A stretch of 64,000 nucleotides of DNA from an uncultured Acidobacteriota bacterium (GCA_963786615.1 CAWAZT010000014.1:438344-502343); one strand, 5' to 3'. Positions 22,548 to 33,657 are shown, numbered from the stretch's first letter. Notes: generated from the letters alone by a model not told the origin. Made by a program: numbers and translations.

Positions 22548-24826
22548 CTAGGCCGGTTCGAGCTTGGCAAATTTCGCGAGCAGCTTCTTCTGACCGACCG
22601 ACTGGAAGCGCACGGTGATCTTGAGATCGTCGTTGTGCTCCTCGACCGACAGCACCGTGCCGACGCCGAACTGCTGATGGCGAACGCGCATGCCCGGGCG
22701 CAGGTGAGGCGCCGACTGATCCTCGTTCTCGTACGCGTAGCTGGTCGACTCCTCGCGAAATCGCGCGCCGCGTCCCTTGCGGCCGTACGGGTCCGTCCTG
22801 AACTCGTAGTGCGCGTGCGAGAAGCCCCCATAGTTTCGACGTGCTGGAGGCGCTTTCAATGCGCTCCACGAGCTCGGCCGGGATCTCGTCGAGGAAACGT
22901 GACGGCGCCGACGCCTGGTATTCGCCGAACACGCGCCGTCTGGCGGCGCCCGTGAGCACCAGCCGGCTCTCCGCACGGGTCATCCCGACATAGCAGAGCC
23001 GGCGCTCCTCTTCGAGCTCGTCGTCGCTCTCGCCCGATCGCGAATGCGGGAAGAGACCTTCCTCGAGACCCGCCATGATCACGACCGGGAACTCGAGCCC
23101 TTTGGCCGCGTGGAGCGTCATCAGCCACACCTTGGCCTCGCGCGTCCCGGATTCTTCGTCAGCCTCGGACAAGAGGGACAGACGGTCGACATAGCCACCG
23201 AGCGAGGCGTCCGCTTCGCGGGTCTCGTACTCCCGCGCGGCCGACACGAGCTCCATCAGGTTCTCGATTCGCTCGTTCGATTCTTCCGAATTGTCGTCCC
23301 GAAGGTCGTTCAGGTACCCGGTCCGATCGAGCATCTTGCCGATCGAGGCGTAGACGGACTCGGTCCGCGCGACATCCGCCAGGCCGACGATCAGATCGCG
23401 AAACGTTCGCAACGCCGACGTGGCCCGGTTTCCCAGTTTCCCTTCGTCGACGGCATACACCAGCTTCGCCCACAAGCGAGCGCGCGGTCGAGACCTCCGC
23501 GAGCCCCGCGGCCAGCAGCGGCGGGGCGTCGGCGGCGACCTTCGTCGGATCGATCGTCTGCAGGGCATCCATGACGCCCTTCCCGATCCCTCGCGCCGGG
23601 ACGTTGATCACCCGTCGCAGGCTCACATCGTCGTGCGGGTTGATGATCAGCTTCAAATAGGCGAGCGCGTCCTTGATCTCCTTGCGCTCGTAGAATCGCA
23701 CGCCGCCAATCACCTTGTACGCCACCGCCTCGCGCATCAGCGAGTCTTCGATGGCTCGCGACTGCGCGTTGGTGCGGTAGAGCACCGCGATCATGCCGTC
23801 GACGTCTTCGCTCCGGGCCTGCTTGATCGAGCGGGTGATGAAGTCCGCTTCCTCCAGCTCGTCGGCGCCGCGGAAATACGCGATCTTGCGCCCGCCCTTG
23901 CGGTCGGTCCACAGACGCTTGTCCTTGCGATTGCGGTTCTGCTGGATGACCGCGGTCGCCGCGTCGAGGATCACCTGCGTCGAGCGATAGTTCTGCTCGA
24001 GGCGAACCACGTGCGTCTCCGGGAAGTCGTGCTCGAAATCGAGGATGTTGCGCAGGTCCGCGCCGCGCCATTTGTAGATCGACTGATCCGGGTCGCCGAC
24101 AACGGCCAGGTTGCGATGGATTTCGGCCAGCCGCTTGATCAGCAGGTATTGCGGCCGGTTGGTGTCCTGGTATTCGTCCACCATCACGTAGCGAAACTTC
24201 CTGGCGTAGCGCTCGCGCGTCTCGGCCGACGATTCGAACAGTTCGACGGTCTTGAGGAGCAGGTCGTCGAAATCCAGCGCGTTGCTGTCAGCGAGCGCGG
24301 TGAGGTATCGCTCGTAGACTCTGGCGATCTGCTCGTCGCGCAGGTTGAAGGATCCCCGAAGCGCATCGGGACCTTCCATCCGGTTCTTGGCCTGGCTGAT
24401 GCGCGACAGCGCCATCCGCGGCGGCACCAGCTTGTCGTCGATGCCGAGCTCCCGCTCCGCCTGCTTGACCACGGAGACCTGATCGGAGGAGTCGTAGATC
24501 ACGAAATCGCGCGTGAGCCCGATGCGCGGCGCCTCGCGCCGGAGCAGCCGGGCGCACAGGGCGTGGAACGTCGACAGCCAGATTCCGTTGCAGGCCTCGC
24601 CCAGAACCGATTCGACCCGTTCCCGCATCTCGCCCGCGGCCTTGTTCGTGAACGTCACCGCCAGCACCTCGTCCGGCGCCGCATGGCCGTCGCCAATGAG
24701 GTACGCGATGCGGTAGGTGATGACACGAGTCTTCCCCGAGCCCGCGCCCGCAAGAATCAGCAGCGGCCCGTCGATGCGCAGCACCGCCTCACGCTGCTCG
24801 GGATTGAGATTTTCGAGGAAGGTCAT
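22548..24826 (-). CDS. uvrD: ATP-dependent DNA helicase UvrD/PcrA (>=3 frameshifts)
   Basis: N-terminus MTFLENLNPEQREAVLRIDGPLLILAGAGSGKTRVITYRIAYLI (23159..24826); motifs ...LHAAKGLEFPVVIMAGLEEGLFPHSRS...RRLCYVGMTRAESRLVLT (22381..23568 frame); C-terminus ...RVRHQQFGVGTVLSVEEHNDDLKITVRFQSVGQKKLLAKFAKLEPA (22548..22976). Its stop codon abuts the gyrA stop (TAGCTA). Confidence 0.8.
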
Positions 24827-24870
24827 TGTGGGGAGGACGGGATCAGTATAGCGTCGATGCGAGGACCGAG

Positions 24871-24915
24871 ATGGCGGATGGCGGATGGCGGATGGCGGAT
24901 GACGGATGGTTCGCT
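24871..24915. repeat. Tandem 7-mer repeat (GGATGGC/GATGGCG) x6 in the uvrD upstream region
   Basis: gatggcggatggcggatggcggatggcggatgacggatgg. Confidence 0.7.
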
Positions 24916-24922
24916 TATCGGC

Positions 24923-25345
24923 TCACCAGACCCGCAGGCCGATCAACAGCAGCATTGCCGGAACGCCGGTGAACACCAATAGCTGTCGTCCAAGTGCCCG
25001 CCGCAGTCCAAAGAGCATCTTCCTTTCGGTTCCAAGCAGGTCTTCGATGTGTCTCGTCCGCTCTCCAGAGCAATAGTTCAATCGAACCACGATCTCCAGC
25101 TGAGTATCCAGTTCGGCGAGCGAGCCGAGCGCAATTCCAATGAAGTGAATGAACGCGCGCGGGGACCTCCGCGCCTGTCCTTCAGCGACATTCGACGGAA
25201 CCGAGAGAGCCGCCCGGCGCATTTGAGCGGACAAGATGAACTGCTCGTGCCGAGGAAGCTCGGCGCAAAGCTGGTAGACGGCGAGCAGAATGTCGATAGC
25301 CGTCCGCCACGCCTCGAGATCCCGATGGTTGCGAATTTGACTCAT
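24923..25345 (-). CDS. Four-helix-bundle protein (TIGR02436 / 23S rRNA intervening-sequence protein family)
   Basis: MSQIRNHRDLEAWRTAIDILLAVYQLCAELPRHEQFILSAQMRRAALSVPSNVAEGQARRSPRAFIHFIGIALGSLAELDTQLEIVVRL matches that family; local GC visibly lower than neighbours; probable start is the internal ATG of ORF 24923..25528. Confidence 0.6.
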   Translation of the reverse strand: MSQIRNHRDLEAWRTAIDILLAVYQLCAELPRHEQFILSAQMRRAALSVPSNVAEGQARRSPRAFIHFIGIALGSLAELDTQLEIVVRLNYCSGERTRHIEDLLGTERKMLFGLRRALGRQLLVFTGVPAMLLLIGLRVW

Positions 25346-25496
25346 TTGACCCTCGCACTTTCGGCCAGCCAGCAAACGGACGCTCGTGGCAGTTCCTGCC
25401 ACATCGACCAGTTCACCGTTGCGGGCGGCTTGACCGTCAGGTAAGCAGAGCAATACGTGCGCCGCAAAGAGGAACCTGATGGTTGCCCGTCTACGG

Positions 25497-25560
25497 TCAT
25501 CGGTCATGTGCCGACCGTCATCTGCCAACCGTCATCTGCCAACCGTCATCTGTCATCCGT
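25497..25560. repeat. Tandem 14-mer repeat (CGTCATCTGCCAAC) x3-4 upstream of leuC
   Basis: ccgtcatctgccaaccgtcatctgccaaccgtcatctgtcatccgtcacc. Confidence 0.65.
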
Positions 25561-25593
25561 CACCGCTCCCCCGTGCTACGATCGCCTCCTGCC

Positions 25594-26991
25594 ATGGGCA
25601 AGACGCTTCTCCACAAAGTCTGGGACGCGCATTCGGTGCGCACGCTGCCGAACGGTCAGACGCAGCTGTTCGTTGGGCTTCACCTGATTCACGAGGTCAC
25701 CACGCCGCAGGCGTTCGACATGCTGCGGGCGCGCGGATGGGGCGTGGCGTTTCCGGATCGGACGATCGGGACGGTCGATCACATCGTGCCGACGAGCGAT
25801 CAGCGCCGGCCGTTCATCGACGTGATGGCGGAGCAGATGCTGTCGTCGCTCGAGCGCAACTGCCACGACTACGGCATTCGCCTGCTGGATCTGTCGAGCG
25901 GCATGCAGGGCATCGTGCACGTCATTGGCCCGGAGCTCGGGATCACGCAACCGGGCATGACGATCGCGTGCGGCGACTCGCACACGTCGACGCACGGCGC
26001 GTTCGGGGCGATCGCGTTCGGGATCGGCACGTCGCAGGTGCGCGACGTGCTGGCGTCGCAGTGCCTCGCGATGGATCCGCTGAAGGTCCGCCGCATCGTG
26101 CTGCGCGGGCGGCTGCAGAGCGGCGTCTACGCGAAGGACGTGATCCTCGAGATCATCCGCCGGCTCGGCGTGAACGGCGGCGTCGGATTCGCCTACGAGT
26201 ACGCCGGCGACACGTTCGACCGCATGTCGATGGACGAGCGCATGACGGTGTGCAACATGTCGATAGAGGGCGGCGCGCGCGTCGGCTACGTGAATCCGGA
26301 TCAGACGACCTTCGACTACATCAGGGGGCGTCCGTTCGCGCCGCAGGGCGAGGAGTTCGATCGTGCGTGCGCGTGGTGGAGCTCGATGGCGTCGGATGCG
26401 GACGCGCGCTACGACGACGAGGTCACGATCGACGCCGCGTCGATTCAGCCAACGGTCACGTGGGGGATCAACCCTGGACAGTCGGTCGCGATTGACGAGC
26501 GGATTCCCGCCGGCGCGGACGAAGAGGCGCTCGCGTTCATGGACTTCCGGCGCGGGCAGCCGCTGAAGGGCACGCGGATCGACGTCGCGTTCGTCGGCTC
26601 GTGCACGAACGGCCGGCTCTCCGACCTCCGGGAGGCCGCGCGTGTGCTGCGCGGGCATCGGGTCGCCCCGCACGTGAAGGCGCTGGCGGTGCCGGGATCG
26701 CAGGCGGTGCGGGCGGCAGCCGAGCGCGAAGGGCTCGACCGCGTGTTCACCGAGGCTGGCTTCGAATGGCGTGGCGCGGGCTGCTCGATGTGCCTGGCGA
26801 TGAACCCGGACCGCCTCGAGGGTCGCCAGATCTGCGCATCGTCCTCCAACCGGAACTTCAAGGGACGGCAGGGGAGCCCCACCGGACGGACGCTCTTGAT
26901 GAGTCCCGCGATGGTGGCCGCGGCGGCCGTTGCCGGCGAGGTCGTGGACGTCAGGGAATTCACCTCGGCGGAGGTTGGCGTTGGCCGTTGA
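25594..26991 (+). CDS. leuC: 3-isopropylmalate dehydratase large subunit
   Basis: [15 protein letters not shown]... aconitase-family with [22 protein letters not shown] and Fe-S Cys ligands ([18 protein letters not shown]); intact from the internal ATG at 25594. Confidence 0.88.
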   Translation: MGKTLLHKVWDAHSVRTLPNGQTQLFVGLHLIHEVTTPQAFDMLRARGWGVAFPDRTIGTVDHIVPTSDQRRPFIDVMAEQMLSSLERNCHDYGIRLLDLSSGMQGIVHVIGPELGITQPGMTIACGDSHTSTHGAFGAIAFGIGTSQVRDVLASQCLAMDPLKVRRIVLRGRLQSGVYAKDVILEIIRRLGVNGGVGFAYEYAGDTFDRMSMDERMTVCNMSIEGGARVGYVNPDQTTFDYIRGRPFAPQGEEFDRACAWWSSMASDADARYDDEVTIDAASIQPTVTWGINPGQSVAIDERIPAGADEEALAFMDFRRGQPLKGTRIDVAFVGSCTNGRLSDLREAARVLRGHRVAPHVKALAVPGSQAVRAAAEREGLDRVFTEAGFEWRGAGCSMCLAMNPDRLEGRQICASSSNRNFKGRQGSPTGRTLLMSPAMVAAAAVAGEVVDVREFTSAEVGVGR

Positions 26992-27588
26992 AAAGATTCA
27001 GGCCGTCAGCGGAACGGCGGTCCCGCTTCGCGGCGACGACATCGACACCGATCGCATCATCCCCGCGCGCTTTCTGAAGGCCATCACGTTCGAGGGGCTC
27101 GAACAGCATCTCTTCGAGGACGATCGGCTTCAGGCGCCGGACCATCCGCTCTCGAATCCCGCCTACCGATCCGCGCGGATCATGCTCGTGAATGCGAATT
27201 TCGGCTGCGGCTCGTCGCGCGAGCATGCGCCGCAGGCGATTCTTCGATCGGGCATCCGCGCGGTCGTGGGGCAGTCGTTTTCGGAGATCTTCTCCGGCAA
27301 TTCCGTCGCGATTGGTCTCGCGTGTCCCACGGCGTCAGCCGAATCACTCCGCGAGATGATGGAGGCGGTCGAGCGCGATCCGGCGCACGACGCTCACCGT
27401 CGATCTCTCCACGATGCGCGTGACGTGCGGTGATCGGGAGTATCCGCTCTCGCTTCCGGCGGGAACGCGCGATGCGCTCGTGAACGGAAGCTGGGACGGC
27501 ACCGGCCAGCTGCTGGAGAATCTCGACCAGGTCCGCAGCGTCGCCGCCAGCCTGCCTTACGTCAGCGGCGCCTGGTGAGGCGCTGCGG
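26985..27588 (+). CDS. leuD: 3-isopropylmalate dehydratase small subunit (one frameshift at ~27392)
   Basis: ...[30 protein letters not shown]...[33 protein letters not shown] (26930 frame); C-terminus [45 protein letters not shown]...SGAW in the next frame, ending TGA at 27588; probable TTG start. Confidence 0.8.
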
Positions 27589-28474
27589 GCTCGGCGCCGT
27601 GGCCTAGACGCACGACATCCAGGAACGCCTCCGCCGCCCGACTTCGCTCGCCTGTTTTCCGAAACGCGAGCCGGACCTGTCGCGTCCCGCCGAGCGCAGG
27701 AACTTTCACGGCGACCAGGTGGCCACGCGCGATCTCGGTCAGCGCGCACCGGCGCGGGAGCAGGGCCACGCCGATGCCCATTTCGACCGCGCGCTTGATG
27801 CCGTCGAGGCTCGGGAGCGAGATCTGGATGTTGATGGACGTGCGGCGTCGCTCGTACGCGCGGAGGACGCGCTCGCGGGTCGGCGACACTTCGTTGTGGG
27901 CGATGACGACCTGACGCCCGACCTCCTCGAGCGAGACCTTTCGTCGAGTGGCGAGCGGATGGCGCGGCGAGGTGAGCAGGACGAGATCGTCGGCGCCGAG
28001 CGGCATCGTCTGGATCCCGCGATCGGCCGGCTCGAACGTGAGCACGCCGAAGTCGAGCGAGCGATCCAGCAGCGCTTCGGCCATCTGCCGTGACGGCACG
28101 CGCCGGACCTCGACGGCGACCCCTGGATGCAGCGCCGCAAACCGCTCGACATACGGCAGCAGGCTGTGCACGGCGGCTTCGTTGGCGCCAAGAATCACGC
28201 GGCCGCGCCGGACCTGCTGGAGCTCTCGGACCGCGACCTCCGCTTCGCCGGCGAGCCCGAGCAGCCGCTGCGCATATCCCTGCAGCAGGCGTCCGGCTTC
28301 CGTCAGCGTCCCGTCGCGCGACGAGCGGTCGAAGAGCCGCTCCCCCAGCTCGTCCTCGATTCGCCGGACCGCCTGGCTGATGGCCGGCTGCGTGCGGTGG
28401 AGCCGGCGGGCCGCCGAAGAGAAGCTCCGGTCGTCCGCAACTGCCAGAAACGCCGCCAGATCCTGAAGCTGCAT
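27557..28474 (-). CDS. LysR-family transcriptional regulator (divergent from leuA)
   Basis: 305-aa intact ORF with N-terminal HTH (MQLQDLAAFLAVADDRSFSSAARRLHRTQPAISQAVRRIEDELGERLFDR) and LysR substrate-binding domain. Confidence 0.8.
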   Translation of the reverse strand: MQLQDLAAFLAVADDRSFSSAARRLHRTQPAISQAVRRIEDELGERLFDRSSRDGTLTEAGRLLQGYAQRLLGLAGEAEVAVRELQQVRRGRVILGANEAAVHSLLPYVERFAALHPGVAVEVRRVPSRQMAEALLDRSLDFGVLTFEPADRGIQTMPLGADDLVLLTSPRHPLATRRKVSLEEVGRQVVIAHNEVSPTRERVLRAYERRRTSINIQISLPSLDGIKRAVEMGIGVALLPRRCALTEIARGHLVAVKVPALGGTRQVRLAFRKTGERSRAAEAFLDVVRLGHGAEPAAPHQAPLT

Positions 28475-28559
28475 AAGAACTGCTAATATAAACCAAAGAA
28501 GTATAAATTGGACTTACGTTCCGCCCGCTTGTACAAGGGATCGAGGAGGCTCTTAGACC

Positions 28560-29819
28560 ATGGGTGGCAACCGGCTCACTATCTTCGACACGACCCTGCG
28601 CGACGGCGAACAGGCGCCGGGGTTCTCGTTGCGGATCGACGAAAAGTTGAAGATGGCCCACCAGTTACGCACGTTGGGGGTCGACATCATCGAGGCAGGG
28701 TTCCCGATTGCCTCGGAGGCCGACGCCGAGGCGGTGCGCATGGTGTCGACGCACGTCCGCGGTCCTGTCATTGCCGCCCTCGCGCGCTGCAACGCGCAGG
28801 ACATCGAGCGCGCGGCGTGGGCGCTGACGCCGGCCCCGCGGCGTCGAATCCACGTCTTCATTGCGACCTCCGATCTGCATCTCGAGCGCAAGCTCCGCAT
28901 GACGCGCGACGAGTGCCTGCGGATGGCGATGGACGCGGTCCGTCTGGCGCGCAAGTACACCGACGACGTGCAGTTTTCGGCGGAGGATGCGACGCGCAGC
29001 GACCCCGACTTCCTGTGGCGGGTCGTCGAAGCCGTGATCCAGTCCGGCGCGACCACGATCAACCTGCCGGATACGGTCGGCTACTCGACGCCGGACGAGG
29101 TGCGCGACTTCTTCGCGGCGATCATCAATCGGGTGCCGAGCTCCGACCAGGTGGTTTTCAGCGCGCACTGCCACGACGATCTCGGTCTGGCGGCGGCAAA
29201 TACTCTGGCGGCCGTGGGCGCCGGCGCGCGGCAGATCGAGTGCACGATCAACGGCGTCGGCGAGCGGGCCGGCAACGCGTCGCTCGAAGAAGTCGTGATG
29301 GCCATTCGCGTCCGTCCGGATCGCCTGCCGTTCACGATGGGGATCAACTCCACGGAGATCTATCCGTCCAGCCAGCTGCTGACGGCGCTGACGGGCGAGG
29401 GCGTTCAGGCGAACAAGGCGATCGTCGGACGCAATGCGTTCGCTCACGAAGCCGGCATTCACCAGGACGGCATGCTGAAGGATCGGCGCACGTACGAGAT
29501 CATGCGTCCCGAGGAAGTCGGCGTGCCGCAGGCGACGCTCGTGCTCGGCAAGCACTCGGGCCGTCACGCGGTGCAGCGCCGGTGCGAGCAGATTGGATAC
29601 ACGCTCGATCGTCCGTCGCTCGACCAGGTGTATCGCGCGGTCATCGCCCATGCGGACCGCGAAAAGATCGTGAGCGACCGCGATCTCGCGGTGATCGTGG
29701 CGAGAGCCCTGGGCACCCAGGCGCCCGCGACAGACGCGCCGGCAACGACCTTCGCACCGGCGCCTGCGGCGGACTTCCACACGACGCCGGCCGAAGTGGG
29801 ATACGGACACGGCGTCTGA
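28560..29819 (+). CDS. leuA: 2-isopropylmalate synthase / citramalate synthase family (short form, no C-terminal regulatory domain)
   Basis: 419-aa intact ORF with LTIFDTTLRDGEQAPGFSL, ...HCHDDLGLAAANTLAAVGAGARQIECTINGVGERAGNASLEEVVMA (DRE-TIM metallolyase). Confidence 0.8.
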   Translation: MGGNRLTIFDTTLRDGEQAPGFSLRIDEKLKMAHQLRTLGVDIIEAGFPIASEADAEAVRMVSTHVRGPVIAALARCNAQDIERAAWALTPAPRRRIHVFIATSDLHLERKLRMTRDECLRMAMDAVRLARKYTDDVQFSAEDATRSDPDFLWRVVEAVIQSGATTINLPDTVGYSTPDEVRDFFAAIINRVPSSDQVVFSAHCHDDLGLAAANTLAAVGAGARQIECTINGVGERAGNASLEEVVMAIRVRPDRLPFTMGINSTEIYPSSQLLTALTGEGVQANKAIVGRNAFAHEAGIHQDGMLKDRRTYEIMRPEEVGVPQATLVLGKHSGRHAVQRRCEQIGYTLDRPSLDQVYRAVIAHADREKIVSDRDLAVIVARALGTQAPATDAPATTFAPAPAADFHTTPAEVGYGHGV

Positions 29820-29961
29820 GCCTCCGTTGCGCGGGAGCCGCGCCGTGCCTCCCGCGCAGACCCCTTCCGCGTCACGGCATTGCCTGCCTTTCGGATTCCC
29901 GGTATGCTCCGCACTTTGTGTGCGCACACGTGGTGTCTTCAGTGGTGAGGTCTAGCGCGGC

Positions 29962-31021
29962 ATGAACGCTCGAATAGCGTTGTTGCCCGGCGATGGCGTC
30001 GGGCCGGAAGTGACGGCCGCCGCACGGCTCGTGCTCGAGCACGTGGCGACGGTCTTCGGTCATCAGTTCACGTTCGACAGCCGCCCGATAGGCGGGGCGG
30101 CGCTTCGCCGCGGCAGCGCGCCGCTTCCCGACGACACCGTCGCCGCGTGTCTGCAGGCCGATGCCATCCTGCTCGGCGCTGTCGGCGACGCGCAGTTCGA
30201 CAGCCTTCCCGCGAACCGGCGGCCGGAGGCGGCGCTGCTGCAGCTCCGGCAACGGCTGGGCCTCTACGCGAATTTGCGTCCCGCCAGGGTCTGGCCGGGG
30301 CTCGAGAACGTCGGTCCGCTGAAGCCCGAGGTGCTGGCGCACACCGACCTGCTCGTCGTTCGCGAGCTCACTGGCGGGTTGTATTACGGCGAGCCGCGCG
30401 GGATTTCAACCGACGGCGAAGTGGCCTGGAACACGCTGCGCTATTCGCGAGCCGAGGTGGAGCGGATCGCCCGCGTCGCGTTCGAGGCGGCGCGGCTGCG
30501 CAAGCGCCACGTCACCTCGGTCGACAAGGCCAACGTGCTCGAAACCTCACGCCTCTGGCGCGATGTCGTCAATCACGTGGCCAAAGGATTATCCGGATGT
30601 CCGGCTGGATCACATGTATGTCGACTCGTGCGCGATGCGCCTGACGCTCGCACCCGCATCGTTCGACGTGATCGTGACCGAGAACATGTTCGGCGACATC
30701 CTGTCGGATGAAGCGGGCGCGATCGTGGGATCGCTCGGCCTCCTGCCGTCGGCGAGCCTCGGCGACGGGACGGGGCTGTTCGAACCGGTGCACGGGACGG
30801 CGCCGGACATTGCCGGCCTGGATGTGGCGAACCCCGTCGGCGCGATCCTCTCGGCCGCGATGCTGCTGCGCCACGCGCTGTCGCTCGAAGCCGAGGCCAC
30901 GGCGGTCGAGGCCGCGGTCGGTGCCGCCATCGGTGTGCCGCGCCGCACGCGCGACATCGGCGGCATCGCATCCTGCAGCGCGGTCGCACAAGCCGTCGTC
31001 GAGCAGGTGCGCCGGCCGTAG
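29962..31021 (+). CDS. leuB: 3-isopropylmalate dehydrogenase (one frameshift at ~30575)
   Basis: N-terminus [25 protein letters not shown]...LRPARVW...[16 protein letters not shown] (29962 frame); C-terminus ...[49 protein letters not shown] (30563..31021). Confidence 0.82.
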
Positions 31022-31049
31022 GAATCGATTGCTGAGTGCCGACGGCGCG

Positions 31050-31951
31050 TCACTGTTCGTGCGCTGCGTGTCGGCAAGCTGGCGATGAACGCGTGCACCT
31101 CGCGAAGGACCTGTGCTTCCCGGGTGATCCAGAGATAGTGCCCGCCGCCAGGGACGTCGACGAAGCGCGCGTCGCGGACGTTGCGTTTCGCCTTGTCGAT
31201 CCAGCGGCTGACGATCACGCGGCCGCGCTCCACGAATTGTTCGATGAGCGCGCGGTCCTCTTCGCTCTTCGGGTGATAGTCATCCGGAAAGTCGAGGCAG
31301 CTCCAGCATCACAAGAGCAGCGGCACGCCGGACGTTCGAGTAATCCTTCCGATAGACCTGTTGCTGCCCGATCGGCTCGCATCACCCAGCCGGGCGCCGT
31401 CGGCTGGCCCACGCCGCCGTTGACGTCTCCGAACTGATTGCGCAGCTCCGATTCAGGAAATGTGAACCCGATCGAGCAGGCGAGTGACTTCTGAAACGCC
31501 GGGAAAGAAGTGCGGTCCATGGGTGGCAGACTGGCCGCGGACGGAGATCGGGCGGCATCTTCTGCTGGAGCGCCGCCCATTCCTTGTCGGCGGGCGGATC
31601 GTCCTCGAGGTCGGCGATTGCGTCGAGATAGACGAGGCCCGCGAGCCGGTCGGAGTGCTGCCGGCCCACGGTCGTCATCTCGCCCCCGGCCATCGAGTGA
31701 CCGATGAGCACGGGCTTCTGAATCTTCGCTCACCTCAATCGCACGAAATACATCGTCGGCCAGGCGTTGGTCGTCATAACCCGACGCGGGCCGGCTCGAC
31801 ACGCCGAAGCCGCGCCGCGTGATGCCGTACACGTGACAGCAGTCGGTGAGCTTTGGGGCGAAGCGTCGTACACGTGCGCCGTGTGCCCGGATCCCGTGAG
31901 CAGCACGACGGGTTGTCCTGAGCCGCCCCAGTCGAGAACCTCCAGTTGCAC
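31050..31951 (-). CDS. Alpha/beta-fold hydrolase (>=3 frameshifts; boundaries approximate)
   Basis: Fragments: MQLEVLDWGGSGQPVVLLTGSGHTAHVYD (31730..31951), nucleophile elbow LIGHSMAGGEMTTVGRQHSDRLAGLVYLDA (31382..31711), C-terminus RFVDVPGGGHYLWITREAQVLREVHAFIA (30610..31233); a possible signal peptide IVVLALTLALVAW lies just upstream. Confidence 0.5.
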
Positions 31952-32119
31952 GCCGCTGGTCCACCGTCACGAAGCGGACCTCGTGCTTCGAGAGGGTCGC
32001 GCCACTCGTCGCTGCTGCGGCCTGCCGGGTGCTGACGATCGAGATCCGCCAGGCCACCAGGGCGAGCGTGAGCGCCAGCACGACGATCGATGCATCAGGC
32101 TCCTCGTCAGGTACGCGTC

Positions 32120-33088
32120 CGTTACTCGATTTTCGTTGCGCGTTGTGACCAGGCTCGTCGGAGCCCGTCAGGCTCGACTGACGCAGCGCGGCGGCGCCCA
32201 TCAATCCGCCCATCCCCATCGATTCGACGGCGCTGCTCGGAATCAACATCAGCGCGCCTTTCTCCTTCAAGCCCTCGTAGAGCATGTTCATCGCGCGCAG
32301 ATGGAGCGCGGTAGGGTTGTGCAGGTACGACTTCGACGCTTCCTCGAACGAGTGCGCGATTTCCAGCTCGGCCTGACCGAGGATGATGCGCGCCTGTTTC
32401 TCGCGCGCGGCCTGCGCCTCGCGCGACATCGCGTCCTGCAGCGAGTCCGGGATGACGACGTCGCGCATCTCGACCGACTGCACCGTCACGCCCCACGGGG
32501 TCGATCGCTGATCGATCAGCTTCTGCAGCTCCTCCTCGATCCGCTCGCGTCCTTTCAGGAGATCGCCGAGCGATGTGCGGCCGATGATGTCGCGCAGCGC
32601 CGTCTGTGCCGCCCAGCTGACGGCCTGCTGGTACTCCTGAACTTCGAGCGCTGCTTTCTCCGGGTCGTAGACCAGCCAGAACAAGACGGCGTCGACGTTG
32701 ACGGGAACGGTATCGGACGTCAGCGTCTGCTCGGCGGCGAAGCTCGTCGTGATCACCCGTTGATCGACCCAGCGCGTCACGCACATCCACGAACGGCATG
32801 ATCCAGAAGAGGCCGGGTCCACGCAGGCCGACGTACCGGCCGAGGCGCAGGACGACCGCGCGCTCCCATTGCTGCGCGATCTTTGGCGCCTGCGCGAGCG
32901 ATGAAGCCGAGCGCGAAGCCGATGAGGACCGGCCACGGGCTGGCGGCTCGGATCGTTCCCGCGAGCCCGAGTCCGAGCGGGATCAGCATCAGCGCGACCG
33001 AGACGATGTTCGTCCGCGTCTCTCGTGTCACCGATTCCTGGGTCGTGCGTCTCCCGGACAACGGCAAGATCACTTGGGCCACGGTCAT
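32120..33088 (-). CDS. SPFH/band-7 (stomatin/QmcA-like) membrane protein (>=2 frameshifts; 3' end approximate)
   Basis: N-terminal TM IVSVALMLIPLGLGLAGTIRAASPWPVLIGFALGFIARAGAK (32777..33088); SPFH core VNVDAVLFWLVYDPEKAALEVQEYQQAVSWAAQTALRDIIGRTSLGDLL...PWGVTVQSVEMRDVVIPDSLQDAMSREAQAAREKQARIILGQAE (31215..33254 frame). Start ATG overlaps the gntR stop (ATGA). Confidence 0.6.
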
Positions 33089-33486
33089 GCTCCTTGTTGG
33101 CGCCGCCCCTCGATCTCCGGCAGCGCGTCGTCCACGCTGAAGCCATGGGTCGAGAGGTCGGCGAGAAAGCGGTCGATGAGCCGGCGCAGCTCGGATTGCC
33201 TCGCCGTCGCGTCGGGGCGACGAGGTCGGCCTGCAGCGCCACGAAGGTGCCCACCCCGCGCCGGGTTTCGAGGACCCGTGCGCGCTCGAGGTGGGCGTAG
33301 ACCTTGGCGACGGTATTCGCGTTGACCCGGAGGTCGACTGCCAGCTGTCTGACGGTCGGGAGCTGGTCGCCCGTGCGCAGGCGCCCGGCGGCGATCGCCG
33401 CGAGGATGCCCCGCTCGAGCTGCGCGTGCAGCGGCGTCGCGTCGCTGCGAGTCGATCGCGAATCCGTCCCAGGGGCTCACAAGCAT
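33085..33486 (-). CDS. GntR-family (YhcF-like, HTH only) transcriptional regulator (one frameshift at ~33440)
   Basis: Hand translation: ...IDSQRRDA|TPLHAQLERGILAAIAAGRLRTGDQLPTVRQLAVDLRVNANTVAKVYAHLERARVLETRRGVGTFVA (winged-helix GntR signature); C-terminal tail in ORF 33085..33516. Confidence 0.6.
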   Translation of the reverse strand: MLVSPWDGFAIDSQRRDAAARAARAGHPRGDRRRAPAHGRPAPDRQTAGSRPPGQREYRRQGLRPPRARTGPRNPARGGHLRGAAGRPRRPDATARQSELRRLIDRFLADLSTHGFSVDDALPEIEGRRQQGA

Positions 33487-33489
33487 CAA

Positions 33490-33509
33490 TGTACTACTAC
33501 AATAGTACA
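33490..33509. promoter_or_regulatory. Perfect inverted repeat TGTACTA-N6-TAGTACA overlapping a TTGACA-17nt-TACATT promoter directly upstream of the GntR gene (putative autoregulatory operator)
   Basis: Minus strand reads caacTTGACAttgtactattgtagtagTACATTgATGctt; forward tgtactactacaatagtaca at 33490-33509. Confidence 0.5.
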
Positions 33510-33522
33510 ATGTCAAGTTGGG

Positions 33523-33657
33523 GTCAGACCCCGTTAAACGGGCGCACTATCTATGGACTTATGGTGATGGGACCACAAGGCCTGGTGACGCCAGCTGCCG
33601 GATTGGGGTCAGACCCCAATCCAGCGTGCGTTGACGCCTGGTGGGGTCAGACCCCAC
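33523..33657. repeat. Three copies of the 13-bp perfect palindrome GGGGTCAGACCCC between the glmS stop and the GntR promoter
   Basis: ttGGGGTCAGACCCCgtt (~33523), attGGGGTCAGACCCCaat (~33603), tggtGGGGTCAGACCCCacg (~33645); spacings ~80 and ~42 bp. Confidence 0.7.

Noticed and set aside
22545-22550. Palindromic junction TAGCTA formed by abutting gyrA and uvrD stop codons
   Set aside because: Explained simply by two convergent genes ending back to back; no evidence of function
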